The notes below the pieces were generated by a model that was given only the letters and a program-made list of their open reading frames with translations, was not told the origin of the DNA and ran no database searches. DNA of 64,000 bases, from assembly GCA_965250045.1 (NCBI GenBank), contig OZ252286.1:2150269-2214268 (forward strand), in the 5' to 3' direction. This document shows positions 40,417 to 54,500 of this stretch, in pieces. The stretch comes from Candidatus Marinacidobacterium sp. (lineage in GTDB: Bacteria; Acidobacteriota; Vicinamibacteria; Marinacidobacterales; Marinacidobacteraceae). The number at the start of each line of letters is the position of its first letter. The stretch's first letter is position 1. The position numbers were made by a program, and so were the translations under genes.

Positions 40417-40833
40417 CGCCGGAGGCGGAACTGAGGGGGAGGCCGGGCCGGCCGGTCGCCCCGCGGGCTGCGGTGGGTCTTGGGTGGGGATGTCTTGGCG
40501 GGCGGGTGTTGGAGTGACGGCAGTTGGCCGGATTGTTGGATCCGGGGCGTTCCCGATGAGGTCCGGTTCGACACCTCTAGGGTACGCGCGCTCACACTCG
40601 AAACCCGAAGGCTCGGCGCCGCCCGCGGAGTGGACAATCCGTCAGAGCGCGGTGCGGCGCCGAGACACCGGGTCCGGCGGCGGTTTCGAAACAGAGCGTG
40701 CGGTAGGCCGGCCAGTTCCGCCAGGCAAGGCCCCGCTTGGAATGGTCCGGTTACCGCTACCCGGGTCGGAAGCGCCGGCGAGCACCGGTCCGAAGAGCAC
40801 GGGCCGGCGCCCCGAGTGCTCAATTGAAGCATA

Positions 40834-41251
40834 GCAGCCTGTGAACGAAGCCACGCGGCCCAGTTCTCCCGGTGGGGGCTCGGTCGGCGATGCATCCCGG
40901 CCAAACAACCGGTGGTGAAACCCACGCGGCGTTCGACCGGCGATGCATCCCGGCTGAACCGCGCCGCTTCGCGTCGCTCATCGTTGCGCTTCGGTCGGAA
41001 TACACCCGGGCCAGTTCTCCCGGTGGGGGCTCCTCCCTCACGCGCCTTGTTAGCCGGGCGCCTCTCCGGCCTCGGCGCTCACGTGGGTTCCACCACCGGC
41101 TGTTCACCGCGCCGCTTCGCGTCGCTCATCGTTGCGCTTCGGTCGAAATACACCAGGGCCAGTTCTCCCGGTGGGGGCTCCTCCCTTGCGCGCCTTGTCA
41201 GCCGGGCGCCTCGCCGACCTCGGCGCTCACGTCACTTCGCCCACAGGCTGC
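40834..41251 (+). mobile_element. Nested MITE (3 modules)
   Basis: 418 bp = 2x181 + 3x18 + 2. Confidence 0.85.
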
Positions 41252-41395
41252 TCGCAGCCCCGCCCCTCCGCTTCGCCCCTTGACGCCGCCGGTCGGTGGG
41301 ATCCTCTCCTCGCCGGGATGGCGTTCCCGGGGGCAGTCCGGCGTGTACCGCGCGCTTCCGCTTGCGGCACCGTACACTCCCGAAAGTCCCTGTCC

Positions 41396-42163
41396 ATGCG
41401 CCTTCCGGACCGCTGTCTCACCGCTGTCGCCATCCTGGTGGTGGGTCTTGGCGTCGGGGAAAGCGCGTTCGGCTACCAGGTCGCGACCGAAGCTGCGCCG
41501 GCCATTCGGCTCTACGGAGTCGTGAAGCAGCCCGACGGCGGGGTGGCACTCCTGCAGTTTGGCGCTGGTAGGCCCGTGGCGCTCCAGGTTGGCGAATCCC
41601 ATCGTGGTTTCACGGTTCGCGAGGTGCTCGCCGACGGCGTGCAACTTGAAGCCCCTGACGGCCAGACGTTGGACGTTGCTCTCCCCGAGACATTGACCCT
41701 CGCGGACCGCGGGGAACGGCCTCCCGCTCCGGAGCCGCCCATGAAATCCGGGGCACTCGCCGAGGTCCCATCTCCTTCCGGGATGACCCCGTCTGAGCCT
41801 CCTCCCACCATCCCGCAACCGATTCCGGCGTCCCCGGAACGGGGTGAACGGCGCCTTTCTCGAGATGATGTCCGGCTCCGGCTTCAGTCCGAACTCCCGC
41901 GAATCCTCTCCGGTGCCGTGGTGGCGCCTCGGGTGCGGGGAACCGAGGTGGTGGGGTTGGAGTTGGTCGCCTTTCCCACCGACACCGTGCTCGGAGAGAT
42001 CGGACTCACCCCCGGCGACGTTCTGCTGGCGGTAAACGGCAGGGAAGTTCGGGGAGCCGAATCGCTGGCAGTGCTCGTTCAGCGGTTTCAGACGGCAAGC
42101 GAGATCGAGATCACGGTGGATCGCGACGGCGAGATCTTCCCGTTGCGCTACCGGATCGAATAG
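41396..42163 (+). CDS. GspC/PulC-like PDZ domain protein
   Basis: N-terminal hydrophobic segment, IRLYGVV..VGE..V..DGV, C-terminal GLTPGDVLLAVNG PDZ; ATG 41396. Confidence 0.7.
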   Translation: MRLPDRCLTAVAILVVGLGVGESAFGYQVATEAAPAIRLYGVVKQPDGGVALLQFGAGRPVALQVGESHRGFTVREVLADGVQLEAPDGQTLDVALPETLTLADRGERPPAPEPPMKSGALAEVPSPSGMTPSEPPPTIPQPIPASPERGERRLSRDDVRLRLQSELPRILSGAVVAPRVRGTEVVGLELVAFPTDTVLGEIGLTPGDVLLAVNGREVRGAESLAVLVQRFQTASEIEITVDRDGEIFPLRYRIE

Positions 42164-42231
42164 CCGAGCCTTCCTTTCCGCGCTTCTCCGGAACTCCCCG
42201 CGCCCAGGGACGGAGGCGCGCTGGCGGGTCG

Positions 42232-42645
42232 CTACCGCGGGTTTACGACGCTTTGCCCGGACGGACCGAGCAGCACCACCACCTCGCCCGGTTCCACCAG
42301 TTGATGGTGCGTCTTTGCGTGGACTTCGAAAGCGGCGGGGTCCTCGCGCAGCGACGCGATCGAATCCTGGAGTCCCTTTGCTTCCTGTCCGAGGCGCGCG
42401 ACCTCGGCAGCCAACCGGTCCTGTAACCGCCCCTGTTCATTCAGCGATTCGAGTCCGCTGACACCAACGGCGGCGGCGGAGATTCCGATCAGGACCGTGA
42501 CGATCACTGGCGCCGTGCGCTCGGGTCGCTCGACCAGAACGTGTCCCCATCCTGCGCTCCTCCGGAGGATCCGTTTCCCCAGGGTCCCCAAGTTGCGGCG
42601 CAAGCCGCTCAGCGCGGAAGTCACCGCTTCATTCGAGGATGTCAT
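42232..42645 (-). CDS. FtsB/DivIC septum formation initiator family protein
   Basis: TM + coiled coil + LREDPAAFEVHAK..LVEPGE; start uncertain. Confidence 0.7.
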   Translation of the reverse strand: MTSSNEAVTSALSGLRRNLGTLGKRILRRSAGWGHVLVERPERTAPVIVTVLIGISAAAVGVSGLESLNEQGRLQDRLAAEVARLGQEAKGLQDSIASLREDPAAFEVHAKTHHQLVEPGEVVVLLGPSGQSVVNPR

Positions 42646-42739
42646 GGTTCCGACGGGGACTCTCCCGGGAATGGGGTCTCCGTTCCCATTCTATTCGGAA
42701 GGGGGGCAGGGCCGGCCGAGAGCCGGTTCCAGCCGCCTG

Positions 42740-43061
42740 ACAGCCTGTGGTGAAACCCACGCGGCCCAGTTCTCCCGGTGGGGGCTCGGCCGGCGATGCA
42801 TCCCGGCCAAACAGCCTGTAGTGAAACCCGCGCGGCCCAGTTCTCCCGGTGGGGGCTCGTCCGGCGATGCATCCCGGCCAAACAACCGGTGGTGAAACCC
42901 ACGCGGCGTTCGACCGGCGATGCATCCCGGCTGAACCGCGCCGCTTCGCGTCGCTCATCGTTGCGCTTCGGTCGAAATACACCAGGTATTCCTCCCTCGC
43001 GCGCCTTGTCAGCCGGGCGCCTCCCCGGCCTCGGCGCTCACGCGGGTTCCACCACCGGCTG

Positions 43062-43062
<1 letters not shown>
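42740..43062 (+). mobile_element. Compound MITE: three tandem left ends and one right end
   Basis: Left-end sequence repeats at about 42740, 42811 and 42882; overlaps the valS stop. Confidence 0.82.
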
Positions 43063-45968
<2,906 letters not shown>

Positions 45969-45970
45969 TG

Positions 45971-46133
45971 GCAGCCTGTGGATGAAGTGGCGTGAGCGCC
46001 GAGAGCGCCGAGAGCGGTGAGGCCCAGTTCCCCGGTGGGGCCAGTTCTCCCGGTGGGGGCCCGGCTGACGAGGCGCGCGAGGGAGGAGCCCCCACCGGGA
46101 GAACTGGGCCGCGTCATTTCGTTCACAGGCTGC
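45971..46133 (-). mobile_element. Internally deleted MITE with three module copies (two in tandem)
   Basis: Both termini are present; the segment between two module slots is missing; ends 2 nt before the valS ATG. Confidence 0.8.
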
Positions 46134-46136
46134 TAT

Positions 46137-47297
46137 CTAGCAAACGGCGGCGACCAGCGTGGCTGCGCGATCGGTTCTTTCCCAGGGGAAACCGGCGCTC
46201 TCGTGCCCGAAGTGGCCACCCTTCGCGGTGTTCTCGTAGATGGGGCGGCGCAGGTCGAAGTGGGCGATGATTTCCTGGGGGGTCAGCCCGAAGACATCGC
46301 GAACCGCGCCTTCGATGACCGCGTCGTCCGCCGTTCCGGTACCGAACGTATCCACCCGGACCGAGACTGGCTCGGCGCGGCCGATTGCGTAGGCGAGCTG
46401 CACCTCGGCCTGGCGCGCGAGTTTCCCCGCGACCACGTTTTTGGCGATGTAGCGAGCCATGTAGGCGGCCGAGCGGTCCACCTTGGTCGGGTCCTTGCCC
46501 GAAAAAGCACCGCCGCCGTGGCGGGCCATCCCGCCATAGGTGTCGACGATAATCTTCCGGCCCGTGAGTCCGCAGTCGGCCGCCGGGCCACCCTCCACGA
46601 ATTTCCCGGTCGGATTGACGAGGACCGAGGGTGAGCCGGCTCGAAACTTCTCGGGAAGCATCGGGAGAACGATTTGTTCCTCGATGTCGCGAACCACGCG
46701 ATCAAGAGCATCTTCCGCGTGTTGCGTGGACGCGACGACGGTCGGAACGGAGACGGGGTTCCCGGCTCTGTCATAGGCCACGGTGACCTGCGCCTTCCCG
46801 TCCGGACCCAGGTACGGAATTTCTCCGCTCCTCCGCGCTTCAGTCAGCCGCCGGGTGATCCGGTGCGCCAGCGTGATGGGGAGCGGCATCAGTTCCGGCG
46901 TCTCGTCGCAAGCGAAACCGAACATCATCCCCTGGTCCCCCGCGCCACCCGTGTCCACACCGAGGGCGATGTCCGCGGTCTGCCGGCCCATGTGGATGTG
47001 GACCTCCAGAGCGTCGGCGTCGAAGTCGTCGTTCCTTCCCGTGTACCCGATCCGCCGGATTGTGCGGCGGACCACGGCTTCGAGTTCCGCCGGTGAGGGG
47101 CCACCTCGGGCGGTGGCTTCCCCGGCAACCACCGCGCGACCCGCAGTAACGAGGGTTTCGCACGCGACCCGCGCCAGCGGATCCCGCGTCAGGAAGGCAT
47201 CCAGAATGGCATCAGAAATCTGGTCCGCGACCTTGTCCGGGTGGCCTTCGGTCACGGACTCCGACGTAAAGAGCCGCAGGTCGCGGTGGTGTTGCAC
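46137..47297 (-). CDS. metK: S-adenosylmethionine synthetase
   Basis: [28 protein letters not shown]; GTG 47297. Confidence 0.97.
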   Translation of the reverse strand: MQHHRDLRLFTSESVTEGHPDKVADQISDAILDAFLTRDPLARVACETLVTAGRAVVAGEATARGGPSPAELEAVVRRTIRRIGYTGRNDDFDADALEVHIHMGRQTADIALGVDTGGAGDQGMMFGFACDETPELMPLPITLAHRITRRLTEARRSGEIPYLGPDGKAQVTVAYDRAGNPVSVPTVVASTQHAEDALDRVVRDIEEQIVLPMLPEKFRAGSPSVLVNPTGKFVEGGPAADCGLTGRKIIVDTYGGMARHGGGAFSGKDPTKVDRSAAYMARYIAKNVVAGKLARQAEVQLAYAIGRAEPVSVRVDTFGTGTADDAVIEGAVRDVFGLTPQEIIAHFDLRRPIYENTAKGGHFGHESAGFPWERTDRAATLVAAVC

Positions 47298-47468
47298 GCT
47301 TACGGGACGCTTTCCTCGTTCTGGGGTCTTGACCGGATGGGAGAGGCGACCTTCGTGGTTCGCCTCGGGAGCCGTCGTCGATGAGGGGCGCGCGATGATA
47401 GCAGCCCGGATGCGATCAAAATTCGCGGCGCCGAGCGGGGTCCTGACGTTCGAAACGGGGGCGAATCG

Positions 47469-48602
47469 GTGACCGCGGGCACTCCGCGGCCCACCGCGGT
47501 CATCCTCCTCGCAGGCAAGTCCCAGCGAACCTGGCCGCTGACCGCCGACTTCCCGAAACCGCTCCTGCCGCTCTGGGGCCGGCCGCTCACCGAGCGGGTG
47601 CTTGACCAGTTGGATGGCATCGTGGACACCGCGATCCTGGTGGTCGGTTATCAGAGGGAGCGGATCCTGGCCCATTTCGGCAGGAACTACCGGGGAATCC
47701 GCCTGGTGCCCGTCGAGCAGGAGCGCGCTCGCGGAACCGCCGATGCGCTTCGGGTCGCTGCCGCCGCGGTCAGGGGTCCGGTCCTCGTCCTGAACGGCGA
47801 CGACTTCTACCACCACGACGACCTGGCCCGGCTGACGCAGCACCCTCAGGCGATCCTGTGCAAGGAGGCCAGCGACCCCTGGAACCGGGCGACCGTCACC
47901 GTGACCGGCGACGACTGGCTGGTGGATGTCGAGGAGAAACCTCCGGAGGCCAAGCCCTGGCAGTTGAGCAGCGTGGGCGCCTATGCACTGGCGCGCGAGG
48001 ACCTCGATCACCTCGGGGAAGTCCGGGAGAGCGTGCGCGGTGAACTCGAACTGCCGGATCTCATCCGGATCCTGGCGCGCTCTCCCGGCGTGCGGGCGGT
48101 GCGCGCCCAGCGCCCCTGGATTCCGCTTACTTATCCGTGGGACGTCATCGGCCGCATCGTTCCGCTGTTCGGAGGCGACCCTCTGGGGGCAGGGGCTCGG
48201 GCGCTCGGGTTCGAGACGAGCAGCGGAGAAATGGGGGAGGGCGCCATCTTTCTCGGGGAGGGCGCATCGGTGCACCCGGACGCCCGCCTGCGGGGGCCGG
48301 TGGAACTGGGTGCGGGGGCCCGGATCGGCGCTGGCGCGGTCGTGGAGCGCGCGGTACTCATGGAGGGGGCGCGAATTGGAGCTCGAGCGACCGTCCGGGA
48401 CAGCGTGCTTGGGCGCGGCGCCTCGGTCGGCGCAGGGGCACGTCTCCTCTCGGGCCCAGTCGAGCGAATCCAGGTGCTCGGGCACACGGCGCGGGTGGGG
48501 GTGCCCGTCGTGGGGGCGTGCCTGGGAGCGAATGCGAGTGTCGCGAGCGGCTCGGAGACGCCTCCCGGCACCCTCCTGGGCCCAGGTGAGTCTTTCGGTT
48601 AG
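47469..48602 (+). CDS. Sugar-1-phosphate nucleotidyltransferase with left-handed beta-helix tail
   Basis: [41 protein letters not shown], hexapeptide repeats. Confidence 0.85.
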   Translation: MTAGTPRPTAVILLAGKSQRTWPLTADFPKPLLPLWGRPLTERVLDQLDGIVDTAILVVGYQRERILAHFGRNYRGIRLVPVEQERARGTADALRVAAAAVRGPVLVLNGDDFYHHDDLARLTQHPQAILCKEASDPWNRATVTVTGDDWLVDVEEKPPEAKPWQLSSVGAYALAREDLDHLGEVRESVRGELELPDLIRILARSPGVRAVRAQRPWIPLTYPWDVIGRIVPLFGGDPLGAGARALGFETSSGEMGEGAIFLGEGASVHPDARLRGPVELGAGARIGAGAVVERAVLMEGARIGARATVRDSVLGRGASVGAGARLLSGPVERIQVLGHTARVGVPVVGACLGANASVASGSETPPGTLLGPGESFG

Positions 48603-48606
48603 CCTA

Positions 48607-48805
48607 GCAGCCTGTGGTGAAACTCACGCGGCGTTCGAGCGGCGATGCATCCCGGCTGAACCGCCCCCCCACCGGGAGAACTGGCGCTTTGCGGCGCTCT
48701 GCGTTGCGCTTCGGTCGAAATACACTGGGTATTCCTCCCTCGCGCGCCTTGTCACCCGGGCGCCTCCCCGCTCTCGGCGCTCACGCGAGTTTCACCACAG
48801 GCTGT
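48607..48805 (+). mobile_element. MITE copy (199 bp, one module)
   Basis: TA|GCAGCCTGTGG...CCACAGGCTGT|TA; overlaps the lptFG stop. Confidence 0.85.
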
Positions 48806-51075
48806 TAGCGCCGCTGCAGCAACAAAAAGACCGAGGCAAGGCTGAAGAACAGGTTCGGAGACCAGGCTGCGAGCACTGGATCGAGTAGCTCCGCGTCCCC
48901 GATAGAACGGAAGAACTGGGTGGCTACCAGGTAAACGATCGCGATGGCGAACGCGATGCCGGCGCTGGCCCACGCGCTCTGATTCGTCCTCCGGAATGCG
49001 AACGGCAGGCCGATGAGCACCGTCACCAGCGATGCGAAGGGCAGGGAGGTCTTGGTCTCGAGGGCCACATGGAGCGAAGGATCGTGATGGCCTGCCGCCT
49101 CGATCGTTTCGATGCGGCGCTGCAGGTCGCCGTAGGGGAGGTGGTCCGTGGCCAGATTCTGCTCGAGGAGGGCCTCGGGTACCGAGACCTCCGGAATCTC
49201 GCGGATAGCGAAGGGTTCGGCCGCGCGACCCCGCTGGAGGTCGCGCTCCCAGCCTCCGATACCCGTCCAGGTCCGCTCTGCCTCGGACCAATGGGCGGAA
49301 GCGGCATAGCTGCGGGCGGTAAGCGATGCGCCGTCCGGGCTCAGTCGGAAGATGGACAATCCGCTCAAGACCGCGTTGTCCGCGTCGAAATCGTCGTAGT
49401 GGTAGATCTGTCCCTCGGGGCCCATGCCCCAGTGGCGCTCCAGCGGATTTACGGTGCGCCGCGCCTCGCCCCGGATGCGCCCGCCAGTCTCTTCGGTCTC
49501 GGGCGCCGTCAGGGGAATCAGCCGTTCCTGAAGTCCAAAGCCCGCGCCACTCGCGAGGATTCCCACGGCAAGCGCCGGGACGACGAGGCGCGTGCGGCTG
49601 ATTCCCCCGCCAAGAAACGCCGTCACCTCGTTGTGACGGCTCAGAAGCCCGAAGGTCACGAGCGTCGCCGTGAGGGTCGCCAGCGGCAACATCTGCGCCG
49701 TGAAGGCGGGGATCGAGAGGCCCAGGTAGCGAAGTACGGTGAAGGCCGGGATGTCCCGCTCGAAGGCGTCACGGATCACCCCGTTCAGCAGGCCGATCAG
49801 TTCCCATGAGAGGAGCGCGGCAAGTGAGATGGCGAGAAAAATGCCAAATTGGGTGATGACGTACCGATCGAGGATGGTGGGCAGCCCGGGCGGACGCCAG
49901 CGACGTACGGGTGGGCGGCGGCGGGGCACCAGCAGCCACAACCGACGGAGAAAGCGGAGCGTCGCCGCGAGCGGATCGAGTTCCCGCGAGGCCAGCGCCA
50001 GGAGAGCAATCCCGGCGGCGACCGTGAGGATGTTGGCGCCCCACATGGCGAGCCATGGCGACAGCTCCCCGGCGGCGGCGAGCTGTTCGCCGAACATGAT
50101 CGGGACATACCACGCGAGGACCACGAGGATTGCTATGGCGAATGCTCCGGCGCGCGCCGGTCTCGGGGATGGTCGGATCCCGAGTCCCAGGCCGAGCAAC
50201 CCGAAGGCGAAGCAAGCGAAGGGAAAGGCGAACTTCTTGTGGATCTCGACCAGATAGATGGGGTGGTCCGTGCCTTCATAGGCGGTCACCAGCTCCGGGA
50301 GAAGCATGGCCCGGGCGCTGTGGCTGGGGCTCAGGGTCTCCGGTCCGAACACTTCCTCGGCGTCGAGCGGCATGCGAATCTCTTCGGCGCGTTGAATGCG
50401 GTACTGCCCCGGATCGTCAAGGCCCGCGTTGTGGACCTCCACGCCGCTGAGTTCGAGGAATGCAAGGCGCTCTTTGGGGAGCGTTACCAGCCGTCCGCGG
50501 TCCGCGACAAAGATCGTCGGCTCGTCGATACGCGCGGTGTCCGCGAGGAAGACACGCCTCCAGCCTTCCTCACCCGGTGGCGCCTCCCCCACCAGCAGGA
50601 CCCGACCATCGAGGAGTTCGTCATAGAAGATGCGGGGCTCGATTTCGGTGCGCAGCCGGGAGCTCAGGAGTTCGTCCCTCAGTTCCACGAACCGCTGGTT
50701 CGACGGCGGGACGATTTCCAGCATCAACAGCAGACACAAGCCGAATGCGGCCCCTGCCGCGGTGGCGATCGGCAGGAGGAGACGCCAGGGAGAGATTCCG
50801 CCGGCCCGCATCGCGATCAGTTCGTGGCCGCTCGAGAGCCGGTTGAGTGCCAGCAGAATGCCGAGCAGAAGCGCGCTTGGGACCGCGACTGCCAAGAGCG
50901 CGGGGATCAGTTGGGCGAAGGCCAGGCCCACCGTGGCCGGGTTCGCTCCCTGGGTGACGATTAGCTGGATGTTGACGATGAGCTCGTTCAACAGCAGCGC
51001 GAACAGGAAGACCCCGGTCCCGAGGAATACGCCGGGGGCGATGAGCCGGAGGATGTAGCGATTGAGAAGACCCAC
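48805..51075 (-). CDS. Fused LptF/LptG LPS export permease
   Basis: Two permease halves (LLNRYIL..ELIAMRAGGIS; ILDRYVI..NEVTAFLGGGIS..AAWSPN); GTG 51075. Confidence 0.88.
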   Translation of the reverse strand: MGLLNRYILRLIAPGVFLGTGVFLFALLLNELIVNIQLIVTQGANPATVGLAFAQLIPALLAVAVPSALLLGILLALNRLSSGHELIAMRAGGISPWRLLLPIATAAGAAFGLCLLLMLEIVPPSNQRFVELRDELLSSRLRTEIEPRIFYDELLDGRVLLVGEAPPGEEGWRRVFLADTARIDEPTIFVADRGRLVTLPKERLAFLELSGVEVHNAGLDDPGQYRIQRAEEIRMPLDAEEVFGPETLSPSHSARAMLLPELVTAYEGTDHPIYLVEIHKKFAFPFACFAFGLLGLGLGIRPSPRPARAGAFAIAILVVLAWYVPIMFGEQLAAAGELSPWLAMWGANILTVAAGIALLALASRELDPLAATLRFLRRLWLLVPRRRPPVRRWRPPGLPTILDRYVITQFGIFLAISLAALLSWELIGLLNGVIRDAFERDIPAFTVLRYLGLSIPAFTAQMLPLATLTATLVTFGLLSRHNEVTAFLGGGISRTRLVVPALAVGILASGAGFGLQERLIPLTAPETEETGGRIRGEARRTVNPLERHWGMGPEGQIYHYDDFDADNAVLSGLSIFRLSPDGASLTARSYAASAHWSEAERTWTGIGGWERDLQRGRAAEPFAIREIPEVSVPEALLEQNLATDHLPYGDLQRRIETIEAAGHHDPSLHVALETKTSLPFASLVTVLIGLPFAFRRTNQSAWASAGIAFAIAIVYLVATQFFRSIGDAELLDPVLAAWSPNLFFSLASVFLLLQRR

Positions 51076-51095
51076 GGCGGAGTTCCCGGATTCTA

Positions 51096-51354
51096 GGAGG
51101 CTGTGAACAAAGTCATGCGGCGTTCGAGCGGCGATGCATCCCGGCCAAACAACCGGTAATGAAACCCACGCGGCGTTCGGCCGGCGATCCATCCCGGCTG
51201 AACCGCGTCGCTTCGCGCCGCTCATCGTTGCGCTTCGGTCGGAATACACCCGGGCCAGTTCTCCCGGTGGGGGCTCCTCCCTCACGCGCCTTGTCAGCCG
51301 GGCGCCTCGCCCCCACCGGGAGGACTGGGCCGCATGAGCTTCTCTACGGGTTCC
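51096..51354 (+). mobile_element. Rearranged nested MITE ending in an inverted left end
   Basis: After the last module the sequence reads as the reverse complement of a left end (..CTCATGCGGCCCAGT). Confidence 0.7.
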
Positions 51355-51476
51355 TGGAAGCCTGCTCGCGTAGTCGCGTGAGAGTCGGGATCTCCGCGGG
51401 CTCGCGGGGGCGTCGCCGACCCGGCGCCGTTTGCGCTGAGCCGACGGATTTTCGATCCGTTCCGGGCCTCTCCTAC

Positions 51477-51524
51477 CTACCGTATCTTGGGGGTATCGGC
51501 ATCTCCAGACACAACATATTGTGG
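51477..51524. promoter_or_regulatory. NrdR-box-like sites between lptFG and smc
   Basis: ACACAACATATTGTGG at 51509-51524; a weaker CTACCGTATCTTGGGG lies 32 bp upstream. Confidence 0.6.
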
Positions 51525-51597
51525 GTTCCGCGCGCGACCGCATAAGATACGGATGGTGCCGGCAGCGCCGCGGCCACAATCTTCAGGTGACATTCGA

Positions 51598-54500
51598 GTG
51601 AGGATCGAGCGGCTCGAGATCGCCGGGTTCAAGAGTTTCGCCGACCCGGTGACGCTCGAGTTCGGGCAGGGAGCCACCGCTGTCGTGGGGCCGAACGGCT
51701 GCGGCAAGAGCAACATTGCGGATGCGGTCTTCTGGGTGCTCGGCGAGTTGGGGGCCGGCACCATCCGGGCACGGGGCAAGGAACTCATTTTCAGCGGGAG
51801 CGCCCTCCGCGAGGCACTCGGAGTCGCCGAAGTGCGGCTCCAGGTCAGCGGTGTCCGGGCGCCGGACTCTGGAGCCCTCGCGAGCGGTTCCACCGGCGAC
51901 GGATCCGGGGATCCCGTTTCCGCGAACGGTGTGTCCCGGGCCCGCGGTTCTCGCGAAGGCATGCCGGGGAACGGCGCGGCCGCCGCGGATCCGCCTGATA
52001 CCGCCTTCTCCGCCGTTGGTATGCAGCGGGAAGTGGTCGTCAGCCGCCGGGTGGACGCCAGTGGACAGTCGGTCTATGCGATGGATGGCCGGCGTTGTAC
52101 CCGGCGGGACATCCGGCGGCTGTTCGCCGGCACGGGGCTCGGCCCCGGGTCGTACGCGCTCATCGAACAGGGACGCGCCAACGAAGTGCTCAGCCGCAAG
52201 CCTGCCGAACTTCGGCTTCTGGTCGAGGAGGCTGTCGGGCTGGGTGCATATCGTCTGAATCGGGGGGAAAGCGAGGCGAACCTGCGGGCGGCCGAGAAGG
52301 CGCTCGAGCGGGTCCGCGAGCGGCTTGCCGAACTCGACCGGTACATCCGGGTGGCCCGCCGGGATTCCCGGACCGCCAGCCGGGTTCGGGAAGCCTCCGA
52401 TCAGGCCCGGGTACTCGGCGTCGCCGAACAGGCCGCCCGGCGGGAAGGGCTCCTCTCGCGTATCCGGCAGAACCGAGTCCCGGAGGAGACCCTGAGAGCC
52501 GAGCGCGCCCGGCGGTCCTTGAGCCTCGCGGCCTTCGAACGATTCGTGGAGACGATCCGTGCCCAAGCTGCCCGGACGGATTCCGAGCTCCGCGAAGCGA
52601 CGCGGGAAATCGGCGATCTGGGTGCGCGTCGGGCCAGAGCGATCGCGGTCCTCGACGAGGGCGCACGGGCCGCGGTAGTCCGCGCGTCGCGAGTTTCGCG
52701 CCTCGACACGGAAACTACGACGCTCGGCGCTCGCCTCGACGATCTCGAGGAGACGCGACAGGAGAGCGCCCGGCGAGCCGGGGAATTTCCCGCCCGGCTC
52801 GCGGAACTGAGCGACGCCGCGAAGGAGCGGGCGGCGGCCCGGGACCGCGCACTGGCGGAAGAGCGCGAAGCCCAGTCCGCCGTGTGGGAGCTTCGGCGGG
52901 AGACGGATCGTCTGCGGGGGAGCCTCTCCGCGTCCCGGATGTCACGGGAGCACTATGCGGGGCGGCGAGAGCGGCTCGCGGCGGCCGGACTCGGGCTCTC
53001 GGGAAATCGGAGAGAACTCGAAGCTCGGATGGAACACGCAACCCGAGGGCTTTCCGAAGCGGCTTCAAGCGTCCGGGCGCAACAGGAAGAAACCACCCGG
53101 ATACGCGGCCAACTCGACATCGCCGAAGAGGCGTGGCGATCCGCCACTTCCGAGGCCGAAGCCGCGCGGGAGAGCGAGGCGCGGGCCGAGCGGGATCTGG
53201 CCGCGCTCTCGGGCCGGCTTCGTTCTTTGAAAGCGCTCGTTGTTTCGCGGGAACAGCTTGGAGAAGGTGTCTCGAAACTCGTTGAGGCAGCTCAACGCCG
53301 CGGACTTGCGGTCGGCGGTGCAGTCGGAGAGTTGGTCGAGGTGGATGCGGGTTACGAGCTGGCAGCGCAGCGGGTCCTTGGCGTCCACCGGATCCGGCTC
53401 GATCGGGTCTCCGACGTCTGGGAACTGGTCGAGGAACTTGGAGGCGATGAGGCCGGACCTTCGGAGGTCGTGGTGTCCGAGTTGCTCGAGGCTTGCGGGC
53501 CGCCCGAGCGGCCGTCATCCGATGGAGACGACCGTTTGAGCGACCACCTGACGCCGGTGGATCCGGGGCTCGACGCTGTCATTCCGAACGCGGTGGTGAC
53601 GGCGAGCCTCGCGGAAGCGCTGGCCGCCTTCGTGCGGAAGCCGGGGGTCTATGTGACTCGGGACGGCGCCAGCGTGGCGCCGCCCGGAATCGTGCGCTTC
53701 GGGCGTGGCGGGCCCGGGGAAGGCTTCCTGAGCACTCGCCGCGAAGCGGCCGAACTCGAAGCGCGCGAGGAAGAAGGAACCCGCCGGCTTGCCCGGCTCG
53801 CGCGGTCGCGTATCGCCGCCGTAGAAGCCGCAGACGAGGCTGGAAGGTCGGTCGAAGAACTTCGCGGGGCAGCGGGACGTGCGGAAAACCTCGTTGTCCG
53901 CCTCGGGCTGGAGTCGGCCCATCATCAGGAGACCGTCGAGAACGTCCGAAAGAGGAGCCAGGAACTCGACGCCGAGGTTTCTCGCCATTCCGAGGAACTC
54001 GAGCGCAACGAGGAAGACGACTCTCGAGCGGCGAAGAATCTGGCCCGTGACGAGATCCGGCTCGATGAAGCGTCTCGCGAGCTGGTTGAGCGCGAGGCGG
54101 CATACGCGGCTCTCCGGCGAGAGCTCGAGACCCGGGAGCAGCGGTGGAGAGACGCGGACCGTGAACTGGCCCGTCAGAACGCGGTGGCCGACGAGGTCGC
54201 GGGTCGGGCCCGGGCACTCGAACGACAGGTGGAGGAGGATCGTCACCGGCTCGAGCGGATCCGCTCGGAGTGCGCCGCGGCGCGCCGTGAGGAAGAAGAA
54301 TGGGTGACGCGACGGGAGTCGGCGCTTCGCGAACGAAGCTCCGCGGCTTCGTCAATTGCGGATTGGGAGACTCGGGAGCAGGTTCTGACCTCGACCGCCG
54401 CGGGCCTGCGAGTTCGACTGGAGCAAGCCGTGGAGGCGGCGCGTCTGCGTGGCCTGGAACTCCGGGATGTAGAGGAAAGGCTGCACCAGCTTCAGTCGGC

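Noticed and set aside
40417-40833. ncRNA or extra gene in the 400-bp gap upstream of the SpoIIE gene
   Set aside because: No tRNA, tmRNA or RNase P signatures recognised. The SpoIIE frame is open upstream to a TGA near 40642 but lacks a standard start and encodes low-complexity sequence.
47298-47468. SAM riboswitch upstream of metK
   Set aside because: Only a simple hairpin (GAGGCGA..TCGCCTC) is present; no recognisable SAM-I or SAM-II core. An Rfam scan would be decisive.
48805-51075. LptF-LptG fusion as a novelty
   Set aside because: Fused LptF/G permeases are, to my knowledge, already known in several lineages.
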